Below the pieces are notes generated by a model. That model worked only from the letters and a program-made list of their open reading frames with translations, had not been told where the DNA came from and searched no databases. Of a DNA stretch of 64,000 bases, positions 26,461 through 40,237 are shown piece by piece; positions within the stretch are counted from its first letter, which is position 1, and each line of letters starts with the position of its first letter. A program made the translations under genes and the position numbers. The DNA is from Octopus sinensis (lineage: Eukaryota): contig NC_043012.1 in the NCBI RefSeq assembly GCF_006345805.1, positions 51,708,001 through 51,772,000 of the forward strand, read 5' to 3'.

Positions 26461-26598
26461 ATTAAACTTAAATGTTGGAGTGAATCGAACGGCTTTTGTG
26501 TGTTTCTTAAATGGCTTATAAACACCTTCCACGCTGCAATTGTTTTCGTTTCAGCACACGATCTCAGATCAAATTACTTGCTATGCGAGTACATCTCC

Positions 26599-26638
<40 letters not shown>

Positions 26639-26713
26639 GGACTGACCTACCGTTAGACGAGGTATGAGTGATCGACAATTTTATGCCGAACAACTACGCA
26701 GATGATTTGTTTA

Positions 26714-26940
26714 TCTTACATAATAACACTGAAAACATCTGTCCTTGTGTGTATGTATATCAGTATGTCTTTATTTTGCGCCAAAACGGCTCAACCGATT
26801 TTGCTTAAACTTCACACGCACATTCCTTATATGTCGGTCTGGGGAGGTTTTAAGTATGAATTGATTTCGACAAAATGTTCGGGTAAACGGCGGGCGGAAT
26901 ATCATTTGGGCGTGGTTGAACGGTGTGCGTAATTATTGTT
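26714..26940 (+). mobile_element. Possible non-autonomous Helitron 5' fragment
   Basis: TCTTACATAATAAC..TGTGTGTATG..AAAACGGCTCAACCGATTTTG..AAACTTCACAC resembles Helitron-N 5' ends (recall only); no 3' CTAG end found. Confidence 0.35.
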
Positions 26941-27530
26941 AAACTTCCAAGAGAAATAACATTTTCCCTCCTTCGTAAATTATTTGGTAAAAATGAAATT
27001 GAGTATACATATTTCTTAGTACTTGAAATATTATAGTTATTCTCTCAATTTATCCAGTACAAGGCTTAAACAAGTTAATATTATTCTTTTAAACAAGAGC
27101 TCAACTGATTTCGGTTAGTGACTTATTCACGAATATATCAACACTAGCGCTGCTGAGGGTAATATTCTCTGGGAACGCACAAAAGCTTTTTTCACAGTTA
27201 GTTACTATGAATTGTTATAATCATATCCTATGTTCTATATACACTGGGAACATATCAAAGCCCTCTTCGGGGCTACTTATTTGAATTCTTTCTATAGATA
27301 ATTAATTTCATGTTATTACATAACTGACTTCATAATTTGTGTATTCATAACTCATTGAGAATTCCTAAAACAAGATCCTTTTTAAGACAGTTCGGTATTC
27401 TCAATAACTACACAAAAACCGTTTTAAGGACGACATACTTTGTATTATTGTTACTGGATTAGCGAAACAATTATGAGAATGGAACGAAGAGATAAACCCG
27501 CTTTCACGGGAATTACCGGGCATGCCACCT

Positions 27531-27580
<50 letters not shown>

Positions 27581-27644
27581 TATATATATCTATATATATA
27601 TATATATATGTGTCTCTGTGTGTGAGTGTGTGTGTATGTATATT

Positions 27645-27675
<31 letters not shown>

Positions 27676-28071
27676 GCTTTCGGTGTAAATGGTTTTGTTA
27701 TACGTTGACGCATTTTACATTCCTGTAACTAATAATTATGGTATTTTTCAATAAGCTTCAAGTTTATGGCTAAGGTAAATAGTCTAATAAGGGGGCATAT
27801 AAGCCCTCGATAGAAAAAAGAAAGCTTTCCCATCCGCGTATAAAAGTAAAACACTTAGCCATGTTAACAAAGGAAAGTGGGTTCACGTCCCACGCGGATA
27901 GGAAAACCTTCTTTTTACTATCGAGGGCTTATATGCCCCATTATTTGACTAGTTTCTTTAGTCATTGCAAGGTGAACGGCATAAGCTTTAAGCTTATATA
28001 AAAAATACCATTATTATTATTTACAGGATTGTAAAATAGGGCACTGTATAATTAAGCCATTTGCACCGAAA

Positions 28072-28073
<2 letters not shown>
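27676..28073. mobile_element. Fold-back MITE with long imperfect TIRs embedded in (TA)n
   Basis: GCTTTCGGTGTAAATGG... / ...CCATTTGCACCGAAAGC; arms align inward to ATCCGCGT/ACGCGGAT. Confidence 0.85.
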
Positions 28074-28113
<40 letters not shown>

Positions 28114-28159
28114 TACATATATATATATAATATATATTATATATATATATATACATATA

Positions 28160-28460
28160 TATGTTTATTATAGCCTCAGGCCGACCAAAAGCTTGTGAGT
28201 GGATTTCGTTCTTGGAAACTGAAAGAAGACCGTTGTATATATGTGTATATTTGTGTATGTGTGTATCTTGTGCTTGTACCACCACAATTGCTAGACAACT
28301 GATGTTGCTGTGTTTACATTCGTGTAACTTAGCAGTTTTTGTGAAAGACACTGACAGAATGAGTACTAGGCTTACAAAGAATAAATCTTGTGGCTGGTTT
28401 CGTTGATCAACGACAGTGCTCCAGCATGGCCGGAGTCACATGACTGAAACGAGTAAAGCA
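28160..28460 (+). mobile_element. 5'-truncated SINE
   Basis: Same family as 19964-20750. Confidence 0.75.
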
Positions 28461-28703
28461 ATAAAAATCTATGCCATTTTAATCCCGAGCAGGTTCAGTT
28501 CGACACTAGCTGTACAGGTGCACCATGTGCTACATGTCAGATTACGAATTGATCGCAGAGCAACGGGAAGTGCTTTGCTCAAGATCAAGACGCAATTCCC
28601 AATCTTGGAATCGAAACCCAGATCTCGCAATCATGAGTTCAAAACCCTAATCACTAAGCCGTGCACCTTCATACACACACATGCACATGCACGCACATAT
28701 ATT

Positions 28704-28735
<32 letters not shown>

Positions 28736-28769
28736 GTGTGTGTGTGTGTGTGTGTATGCATATACACAG

Positions 28770-28814
<45 letters not shown>

Positions 28815-28823
28815 TATTTATAG

Positions 28824-28861
<38 letters not shown>

Positions 28862-28864
<3 letters not shown>

Positions 28865-29250
28865 CGTAGGAGTGGGTGTGTTGTAAGTAGCTTGCTTACC
28901 AACCACATGGTTCTGGGGTCAGCCCCACTGCTTGACACCTTGGGCATGTGTCTTCTACTATAGCCTCAGGCCGACCAAAGTCTTGTGAGTGGATTTGGTA
29001 GACGGAAACTGAAAGAAACCCGTCGAATATATGTATATATATATATATGTGTGTGTTTGTGTGTATATATATGTTTGTGTGTGTATATGTTTGTGTGTCT
29101 GTGTTTGCCCCACCCCCCCACAACAAAAGAGACCAATAGAAGAAGTACTAGGCTTACAAAGAATAAGTTCTGGGGTCGATTAGCTCGATTAAATGCGGTG
29201 CTCCAGCATGGCCGCAGTCAAATGACTGAAACAAGTAAACGAGTAAAAGT
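28862..29250 (+). mobile_element. Full-length tRNA-derived SINE
   Basis: Head, body, internal (TA)/(TG)n and 3' end all present. Confidence 0.85.
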
Positions 29251-29286
29251 GTATATATATATATATATATATACATACATATATGT

Positions 29287-29327
<41 letters not shown>

Positions 29328-29745
29328 TTTATATATATATTTGTGTGGGTGTATGTAACTATATAGCACATTACCATGATTCAGTAGTATTATTTTAATT
29401 TGCATATCCACAATATATACCTTTCCCTGTTCCTTATGCGTTTCCTCTACGCTGCTAAATATTTGAAATGTACCGTGTTTCGGTACTACAGTTCTTAAAA
29501 ATTGCCATAGCGAGTTTAGTATGTACTTTAAATTGCTAGTGAATATACAACGGAATTTGTTTGAAATATAACTTACACTATACTGCAAACAACACACGGA
29601 GAACGCATAAATGCATACATATGTGTGGATACGTGTTAATGTGAGCGTGTAAATATGAATACACATACATACATAAACACAGATACCAATGCATATATAA
29701 ATATGCTTGAATATAATCGTAGCTTTCTATCGCTCTACATACAAT

Positions 29746-30025
<280 letters not shown>

Positions 30026-30401
30026 TATTATAGAAATGAGAATAATAGGAATAATAATATGCTGATCCAGACTTAATTTGTTTATTTACGTATTTACGTA
30101 AAGCACATCACAAAATAGACGGATGTATTCGTACAGGAAACCCAGTTAGTTGAGTAGGTCACCAATTACCGTAAATACGCATATGGTACTATGAGGTTTT
30201 GATGGAATATTAGAATATAAGTGAACAATTTAAAAACACCTCAGAGTATATATTCCAATTTAATAAAGCTTTCAAGTTTACTTTGAAAAGAATTCTTTCT
30301 ATATAATTCAGAATATCATAGCATTATTGCAACAAGTATTTATGAATTACATATACCATGTGTGTATATCTGTGTGTGCCTGCGTGCACGCACACACACA
30401 T

Positions 30402-30494
<93 letters not shown>

Positions 30495-30816
30495 TGTATG
30501 TGTATGTATATGTGTGTGTGTTTACTACGTGCGATAAATGCATTATAGATGTATACTCTGTATATGAATGTATACATATATATATATATATATATATATA
30601 AATATGTATTTCAATATATATATATGCATGTGTATGTATCTACCTGTATCTATTCATCAACGAATCTATATGTATTAATATCTGTATGAATGTATGTATG
30701 TATAGCTATCGATAACAATCCTTTATAAATACCTCTGAGAAATTAAAATTTTGGCGATTTAGAAGTGAAAAATTGAGTGTGATAATTGAATTGCGTAGAC
30801 ATACACACATACTATA

Positions 30817-30862
<46 letters not shown>

Positions 30863-33083
30863 GTGTGTGTGTGTGTGTGTAAATATATGTGTGAATGCAT
30901 GTGTATGCGTCTACGTACACTTACTTGTGTTTATATATATACTCAGAGAACATACGCAGAAGTACACACACTCACACTTATACATATTATTGCGATAAAT
31001 GTGCGTATGTTTTTTTGAAAATATCCAATAACTTTCGCATATATTCAAATTTAATAACACACAGTCAGTTGAAAATAAACAGTAACTATTTTAAAGCATT
31101 AAATATTTATATCGATGTATTATAAAAGAAGAAAAGAAAAGGAATTACATAAGCTTATTACGACCTTTATGCCGTCAGCTTAATATACAAGATTAATGTT
31201 CGCTCTAAAATTATTGAACACAAATAGAATTGCACACATTTTCACTATGTATTTTCACCTTTTTAAAAAATATATTTGCTGAAATTTCCATTTTTTTTGT
31301 AGTGCATATTTTAATGCTTCTTCTGTACTTTTTATCCTTCTTATTACTATTATGATTATCATTATTATTATCATTATTATTATTATTATTATATTATTAT
31401 TATTATTATTATTATATTATTATATTATTATTATTATTACTATTGTCGTTGTCGTTGTTGTTGTTTTTATTATTATTAATATTATTTTGTTTTTGTTCAA
31501 AATAAAATATTTTATCTTTGAAAGTATGAATATAATCATAATAAAAAAAGTTTAAGGCAAATATATGGAATATATTTAAAGTAGAAAAGTCAAGATTCAA
31601 AGAGAAAAAGAAGGTAATATTCAAAGAACGAGTTAAAAAGATTCAACCGGTGTATGTTGAAAATATACAAAGAATGGTATTCTATATAAATGAATAAGAC
31701 CAAAAGAAAATAAAAGGTGACGAGAGAAAAATATTTTTGATTTTATTTAGACACAACATATGCATATGCCCACATATATATATGAATATGTGTTTGACTA
31801 CAGTTTTATAATGCTACGGTGAGTGATGAGTTGTATAGAAGTGAGCAATTTTAAGTGTCACCTACTGCATCAAATGTGAAGAAAGAAAATGGCAAGTTGG
31901 CTAACTCTTTTACGAATACATTTTAATGGTTCGCTGCAGCATGTTAAGAACAATCAGTGCTGTCCCTTCCATAACCCGGGCAATTATCAGTTATACTTCG
32001 AGTTTGTGTTATTATATTGTAGCTGATATTCCTATCACCTAGTGATTTTTCTTTCTATCTATTCATTTATTTATTGTGAATATCAATTTGATTCCAGCTT
32101 GACTCTGCTAAACAAAGCTAATATAAATATGCGAAACGCTTTCTTTGAATTGAAGATGTCGCATATTCATATCTGACAGCTGCTCATATTCAAACACAGT
32201 CTTCACTCATCCACCGCACTATTATAACTTGCTCTTACAAGGCTCTAAACATCTAAGAAATTCTCGCATATACTTGCTCAATCACGTAATCTGTGTTGTT
32301 AACTATACTATATTTTGTTAAATATACTATATTTTGTAAAATAAATAGCCCCTACATTAAATTTGTTGTCTTTATTTGTCAATAAGATAAGGGCTTTCCA
32401 GGAAGCTTATTTCGATGAAGCTATTTTTATGTGACAGTACAAATAATCCGTATTATTCACTTTCTTTTGATTTAAGTCCAAATTACAATATCATAACTAG
32501 AACAAAGGGGGCGAAATCTATAAATATATCATCTCCTCACTTGGAGATAAAAGAACAAGGCTTGAAAAGCCGGCTTATTTTTGGGTATGAAATATCCATG
32601 AATTTTCTTTCGTATTTCTTGCGATATCGCATTATTTATATCATTTATGTATTAACATTTATATGCTTATACAAATATTATCGGCTCACTTGTTGACAGA
32701 AATTTGTAAAAGGATTATGGTGTATTTTGGAAAATATTTGCCTATCTGTTTCTCCTTCCCCCTTCACCCTGCCTTTCCCTCTCCTTCCCCTACTCTCTTT
32801 CTGGCATTGCTATTCTTAATTTCTGTGTTTTTATTTGTGTCACAATGTATGTCAATGCGATCGAATAAGCGTGTCATTAAAATATCAGATGGGATACGGT
32901 GATATATCTTATCCAGCTTCCTTCATTTTGTATTCAAATCATACCAATACACGCAATACGACCTCAATGCTGGATCTGTTATGAAGGCGACAGAATACAT
33001 GTCGGTATAAGCGCCTTAGAATTACACAGGTGAATCAAGGGTCCCTGAGATGGTGCATGCTACAAAGACATGCTCGATTATGA

Positions 33084-33129
<46 letters not shown>

Positions 33130-33130
33130 T

Positions 33131-33494
33131 CAGTAATAACAAAGGGTAAAATTAATTAATTAAGAAGTAATCAATAATTTCACCAAGTAGAATTCGGTAT
33201 GAAAACAGGACCGTTTCACGGTAAACTTAAGCAATACTAATAAAAAGGGTTCAGCAAAGAATTGCTTCACCACACACCAAAGTTCAGAGATAGCAGCCAA
33301 AAATCTTAGCTATTTCTTCTACTTTTAAAAGGGTCTTCCAGAGAAACCAAAATACTTGAAGGTTATACTGTGTGAATAACCTTCAAGTATTTTGGTTTCT
33401 CTGGAAGACCCTTTTTAAAGTAGAAGAAATAGCTAAGATTTTTGGCTGCTATTTCTGAACTTCGGTGTGTGGTGAAGCAATTCTTTTTATTAGC
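33131..33494 (-). mobile_element. Fold-back Penelope-tail-like element (about 110 bp arms, 9 nt loop) in (TA)n
   Basis: 33257-33366 is the reverse complement of 33376-33485; long arm homologous to 58711-58915. Confidence 0.85.
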
Positions 33495-33514
33495 ATATAT
33501 ATATATATATATAG

Positions 33515-33583
<69 letters not shown>

Positions 33584-33714
33584 AATGTGTGGTGGGAGGT
33601 TTCGTACTGCTGCTTAACACCTAGGATCCTTTCTACTATAGCTTCGGGACTAAAGGCTTGTGAGTGAATTTGGTAAACGGAAATTGAGGAGTACCGTCAT
33701 ATGCGTGTATATAT

Positions 33715-33790
<76 letters not shown>

Positions 33791-33794
<4 letters not shown>

Positions 33795-34044
33795 GTAAAT
33801 ATATGCCATAACGAAGTACCAATATTTACTGAAATCTGAAACCGACGCCGGTCCCACATTATCCTTTTCTAGGTATCTCATCTTTCAGATGTTCTCCCTG
33901 GAGGTAAGACAATTTTTTTCAAGTTTGTTGCACTCACGCATTTTTGCTAGTACATACGCGCTGAAGCTATACATTAGCCTCGTATTATTACGTTCACTAT
34001 TTCCAGTAAATATCGGTACTTCGTTGTGCTATATATTTACTTCT
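33791..34044. mobile_element. MITE with about 41 bp TIRs
   Basis: AGAAGTAAATATATGCCATAACGAAGTACCAATATTTACTG / CAGTAAATATCGGTACTTCGTTGTGCTATATATTTACTTCT. Confidence 0.8.
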
Positions 34045-34109
34045 TTGTATATTTTTCCCTCACGGGCTATTCTTTACTGGAAAGCAATACTCTAAGTATT
34101 GCATTACTA

Positions 34110-34166
<57 letters not shown>

Positions 34167-34168
<2 letters not shown>

Positions 34169-34400
34169 CAAAATATGCAACAAGAATATCCAGAGGTAAT
34201 GCAGTACGATCGTTTAATGCAATTCCGTTGAATTTAAAATTATTCAATTAAATGGAGTTGCATGAAACGATCTTATTGCATTACCTCTAGACATCCATAT
34301 TGCTTATTTTGATTTTTCATCACTTTACTTTGAAATTGTATGGATAATACCGTACTAAATTTTGGTGATTCAACTTAAGTACCATATTCATCTGAATCTA
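34167..34400 (-). mobile_element. Fold-back repeat element next to (TA)n (family copy 2)
   Basis: Inverted homolog of 16528-16730; hairpin 34167-34313. Confidence 0.75.
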
Positions 34401-35454
34401 TATATATATACATATGTGTGTGTGTGTGCGTGTGTGTGCGTGTATGTGTGTGTGTATATTTTTTTAAATAACAAATAAATAGTTATGAAGGTAGCTATAT
34501 ATTCTCATAAGTACTAATGACGTTACAGTCTATTTACAAATGTAGAAATTCCAGGGTTTAGTGAAATGTTCTTGTATGACAGATAAATGGAGAAACGGTG
34601 TTAAATGCATGTTTTATACTTCCCACATATGTTTCGAAAAAACTCTGGTATTGTTCCAGAGGGAATAAAATGATATAAAACAATGCAATCTTCTCATCAG
34701 GAAGAAAAGGAAAAACAAAACACACAGGTAAAACATTTTATCCAAATGTTATGACTGCGTATAGAACTGCGTAAAAAACCGTTAACAGATTTAACGTCAA
34801 ATGAAATTTAGTGAAAGAGAAGGAGGAGAAAGATAGAAACTAGCAGAAACCCAAGAGTGGAGAAATGTAGTGTGATAGATGAATGGGAATAAAGCTAAAA
34901 GTCGTGGAAATAGATATATTTAGTCGCAATGAAATGTAAGAAGACAGTTAATGGTCGAATTTTGTAGATTTGTAGAAATTATTGGAACTAAAGTTATGCT
35001 TTTGCAAATGTTTGTAACGATAAACACGTTCTTTAAACGTGTTTACAAGAGATTCTCTGAGAACAGGATGATATAGAGTTCTTCGTTACAGAGGGGACAA
35101 AAATATTTTACATTTATCATATGGAAAGTACCTAGATAGAATATTCCATTCCAAATCATATTGTTTATCATGTTCCCTCATTAACCAAATTAAATTACTA
35201 AACCCAGTATTATCTATCGGGATTTATTATTTAAGCTTACGTCAATCCCACTGTGATGGTGTTTTGAAGATATAATAAAATAAATATGTAGAAAGTATAA
35301 AATCTTTAAAATATATATATCGGGTACAGTACTGTTTTTAGTTCACGGATTTTCACCTATTGCGGGGATTCGGGGAACGTAACATCCGCGATAGTCGAGA
35401 CATTACTATATTTATATATAAAAAATAGACTTGCCTTTGCGTTGAATGCATCAG

Positions 35455-35575
35455 TCTGCATTCCTGGGATGTTAGCAATCCGTAGTATCCCTGAATATCA
35501 GGTAGATCATGTAGCTCACGTAGTCATGCATACGGACACTACAGACTACACTGTAATCATCCCAGGAATACAGTC
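35455..35575. mobile_element. Small TIR element
   Basis: CTGCATTCCTGGGATG / CATCCCAGGAATACAG inverted ends; a Tigger-like TIR remnant lies at about 35340-35410. Confidence 0.55.
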
Positions 35576-36190
35576 TGTGATCTTAAGAGACACGAAGCTC
35601 GGGGAAACGCACGTAGTAATGCATTGAATGTTAATAACTTAAATACAAGTATTATTGCTATTGTTTCTGTATTTATCCTACAGGTCGACGCAAACACAAA
35701 AACAGGTTCACGAGCCAGCATTATTAGACTGTGGCTAGTATAATGGAATAGGAGCTTTATTTGCATATTGTTACGAAAAATGTGTTCTCAAATTAGGAGG
35801 ACACCAGATGTTTACGAGCTAGACAAATGAAAAAAACAGACATAACACTTAATTCCGTAACTTAATTCCGTAACTTAAGGTTTCACCATAAACAGTTGAA
35901 TTATTTTCTGTGGCTCCTCGGGGAAATCGGAGCCGTCACATAATGGAACGAAACGCCACCTGTCTCCGTGAGAGAATATGCCTGTATAGAGTTCCACTAT
36001 TATGAATCGAAACTTCGATTCAAATGTCCTCATACTAGCGCGCCAAGCCACAAAATAACTGCAGTGAATATAATTCAGCAGTTGATCAACTGACTAGAGA
36101 ACACAGATATTTAAAATCAAATACTAGGGGTAGTATTTAATATTATTAATAATATACTTTGCTACCCGTATTATATGTATATGTATATAT

Positions 36191-36308
36191 ATTGCCCTGT
36201 TCGCTTAGCCAGCGGGGTGGCGTCATTTGAAGGCTAAAACAATGCGAAGCGCATTGTGACCAGCGATGTGTAGAAACATATGATAGCCTGGTCGGTCACG
36301 GTGATATG

Positions 36309-36310
<2 letters not shown>
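36191..36310 (+). mobile_element. Isolated SINE 3' tail
   Basis: Reverse complement of 36377-36492. Confidence 0.8.
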
Positions 36311-36371
<61 letters not shown>

Positions 36372-36376
<5 letters not shown>

Positions 36377-36672
36377 CCGTGATCACCGTGACCGACCAGG
36401 TTAACAGATGTTGCTAGACATCGCTGGTCACAATGCGCTTCGCATTGTTTTAGCCTTCAAATGACGCCGCCCCGCTGGCTAAACGAGCAGGCCAACAGAA
36501 GAAAGAGTGAGAGAAAGTTGCGGCGAAAGAGTACGGCAGGGATCGCCACCACTCCCTGCCGGAGCCTCGTGGAGCTTTAGGTGTTTTCGCTCAATAAGCA
36601 CTCGCAACGCCGGTCAGGGAATTGAAACTGCGATCCTACAACCGCGAGTCCGCTGCCCTAACCACTGGGCCA
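36372..36672 (-). mobile_element. tRNA-derived SINE (head shared with 62525 copy, different tail)
   Basis: rc: GATGGCCCAGTGGTTAGGGCAGCGGACTCGCGG..GTTTCAATTCCC..GAGCGAAAACACCTAAAGCTCCACGAGGCTCCGGCAGGG. Confidence 0.85.
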
Positions 36673-39600
36673 TCATTATTTTTGTGTGTATATATATATA
36701 TGTTTCTACGTACACACACATATTTTATGTAAATGTACGTACATATATGTGTGGGTATATGTTTGTGTATGTGTGTATGTGTGTGTACGTAGAATATATG
36801 GAATACACACATGTATATGAATTAGATATGTTAAAAGCATTAATCACGAATATGAGTATGATTGGTGGGAAATATGCCGCTCTTTCTGCTTGTGCCTCTA
36901 TATTACCTACGTTATGTATGTCAAGTATCTATGTGTGTGCGTCTGTATGTGTGTGTTTGTGTGCATCTATGTGTATGTGAGTGGGTATATTTGTGTGTTT
37001 GTGTTTGCGTGAGTGTGTGTTTGTGTTTGGGTGTGTGTATATGTGTGTGATGAATCGTTGAAATCAAGCTATTTACTGAATTCCACCTGCTGTTAAAATC
37101 GCCGATTTGGTTATGTGATTCACTCGTGTTCCATATGAATATTTTAAATTGGCTTGTTGACATAATAAAACCATCTTCCAAGAATCTTGTGACACTGTAC
37201 AAATTACTGGCAGTCGGTGTGTCTACAATGCGTCAGGTTACATCTAAACTAATATATTATCAGTAGATGATTGATATCACTTTAGAGATTCTCTTCTCAA
37301 TTACTATCTCTTGTTGAAGAACATAAAATAAGCAATATGAAATACATTTACAAATTGGAGTATCGTGTCACGTACGCTATGCGATGTTGTAAAAAATAAG
37401 GAAAACTACGACATAGAGTACATAGGAAAGGAAAAAGAAATGATTATGAAAAAAGGGAGCGCTAAAAGGTTTTGACGTCTTATAATTTAATCCCCTGTAT
37501 TTGAAAAACATCGTACGATTCGTCTTATTCTACATATTATTATCAAGAAGAGAAATTACTGGAAATATTTTACCACACATGTTGTGTTACTTATTTGAGT
37601 GTTCAAAATATAGCCCGAAATTGCATTGTATCTCTATCAGAAATATAATTAATTTCCTCATTTAGTAACAACAATAAAGAATTTTTTGGTTTGTTTTCAT
37701 TTCTTTTGTGTAGTATCCAGATAAAATCTTCGTACTTTATCGCCCGATTATAACATGTGTTTATACAGCGAGTATCGTTTTTGAAAACATTTGCGAAATT
37801 AAACAGAATTACCCTAAAAGTAAGCTTTTCTCTTGTCTTTCCCATTAACCATAGAACAGATCTTCATAATTAGAAACAAATATTTGCATCCCGTTATCCG
37901 CATGTTGTTGTAGCGTTAATGAAAACACAAAGCAACACAACTACTTTTATTTGATATTCCATAATTTTTAGACGGCTATAAAAGAGACTTTCACAGTTAT
38001 TTAATTGATCAATTTTAGCGAACAATATTAATACAATAATCACAAATGAATTGTTGTGGCTTCAATAAATTACTTCTAAGGGCGCCTAGATGTAATAATA
38101 TGGAGATAGAACGAAAATTTTATATTACTTTTCGGACAGATTAACAAACAATTATTGATTTAATTCATTAACAATTATTCTTAAAACAGAAATCCATCAA
38201 AGCTAATTAATGCTAATGATACTGGTACATCGGATTTAGATATGATAACGTAAAATAATTTCTCTGTAGATAAAATACATTACGAATTATTGATTATATA
38301 TTACTAATATTACGCAACTTCAGAACAAGCGATTGTTAACACAAAACTCCGAATCGAAATCTCAATCTTTGAGTGTTTAACATTGCTCTTTGATATCTAC
38401 CAAGTTTACATTGAGAAGTCTAATTTAAATTACTGTAAAATTATTTTTTGTTTCTACAAAGAAGAATAAAATCTGGGCCGGAGTAGATTACACAACAAAT
38501 AATGAAATGAATTACACTTCAAAGAAAATTTTACTTTGCATTAACAGCAAGCTAGTGTCTGAAATAAATCTAGTCGACACAAACATTTTAAATGTTCATC
38601 TTCTTTTGCATACATTTTGTAAGAAAATTCTGCTGTTCATTCCTCGTATTTCATTTGCTTTGTTGATCATTCTGAGAAGTCTGTCCACCAAATTATCAAC
38701 TCTAGTCCATTCGTGTAACAGGATGGCAACGTAACGTTCCTGTGTCTGTTTGTGTTTTGAAAATGTGTCAAAGTCCATCGCCTCGAATTTTAAACAGATT
38801 AGTCGTGCTGGCATTGGGTATATTTATCATTGATGCATTTGCGGTGATATTTTAGCAAAAACAATTTTGTGATTGTTAAATGCAGGAATGAGAGACACAT
38901 TTGAAACATAATCACAGTTGAATATCATAAGAGGGCGTAAAATCTGATTACTTTCATGCGATTATTTTTGTGCACTTTTTCCATGTTGTATTACATAACC
39001 ATACTTCACTATTTAATTACATTGTTGAATTCAAAATCCTCTGATACGTGGTAATAGAATGCCCGAGAATTTTGCTAAAAGTAGCAATCATTCTGCATGC
39101 AAATACAAAGTACATTCTGATATAAGGAAGTAAAACCTTATGTAATGCAGTCCTACATGCCAATAATATCAAACATCTTTGGAAGGCTTTTGGTTATAAG
39201 AAAAAAGTGTTTTTTTAGTCAAAATCTTTAAAACAGAAGTACCAAATTTTTCCAGTTTATTGCCAAAATTCAAATTAACTAATACACTTTATCAGTAATA
39301 CACTTTAGTAAACTTGATAATTAAGGTGGCATAAACAAAATGAAACCATAAATCTTCTGTTTGATGTTCATAAATTTATCCCATCACTTTTATCCCTTCA
39401 ATACGGAAGGAAACCAAGCACATTAAGAGCTTTTGTTTACACAGATGGAAAAAAAACTCCAACTAAAGATTTCTCATTTGAATTGCACCTATTCCATTGT
39501 ACATGATAAACTTCATGAAAATGATTTCACCATAACATCTGCCCTCCACGCGGGATTACGAAAATAGGATTAGAATCAGTGTAACGATTTTTTTCCGTCT

Positions 39601-39738
39601 TTTGCTTTTGAGTTTTACGAGTCTTTCTGTAGGACATTTAGGAAAGGTCAAATTACCTAAATGTGAACACGCAAAGAGTAATGTAAATGCTCAGCCAACT
39701 CATGTTTTTTTTAATCATAAAGATAAATATCATATGAC

Positions 39739-40237
39739 ATGGCTTGAACGAGAAGATGTAACAATGATCCCAACTTATTTTGCTATACATGCGGCGAGTT
39801 CACACCTAAAGCCAACAGGAATCCGATATGTGACTTTTACAAGAGAGCCTATCGTGCTTACTTTCACGTTGAGCTTGGTAATCAGAGCAAATCTTGGACT
39901 CCTCACATTGTTTTGCAACACATGCTTGGAACACATGAGACAGTGGACTTCAGGTTAAGGAAAATCGCTGAGATTCGCTATTCCTATGATATTGCATATG
40001 AAATTGAGATTAATGCATATCAAATTGGGATTAATGAAACAGTATGTAAAATCAATCAACAAAGAAAGTAAATGTTTTGAGTATATATGTAAATCGTTTC
40101 CAGGACTTAGCACCAAACACAAAAAAGGAGTGTTTGATGGTCCTAATATCAGAAACCTCATTAAGGGTGATGAATTTGTTAATTCAATGACTGATTCGGA
40201 ATTACGCGCATTTTCTTTTGTGCTAGGCCACTGGTAA
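39739..40237 (+). pseudogene. Internally deleted Chapaev(3)-like transposase remnant
   Basis: MA*TRRCNNDPNLFCYTCGEF..KRAYRAYFHVELGNQSKSWTPHIV..TC fused to HIKLGLMKQYVK..CFEYICKSFPGLS..GVFDGPNIRNL; family call from recalled motifs. Confidence 0.7.

Larger units (their letters stand above)
26236..26599 (+). mobile_element. Fold-back Penelope-tail-like element (150 bp arms, 10 nt loop, unique 54 bp extension) in (TA)n
   Basis: 26236-26385 is the near-perfect reverse complement of 26396-26545; (TA)n on both sides. Confidence 0.9.

Noticed and set aside
26256-26525. Two near-identical 69-aa ORFs on opposite strands
   Set aside because: Artefact of the palindrome; no coding signature.
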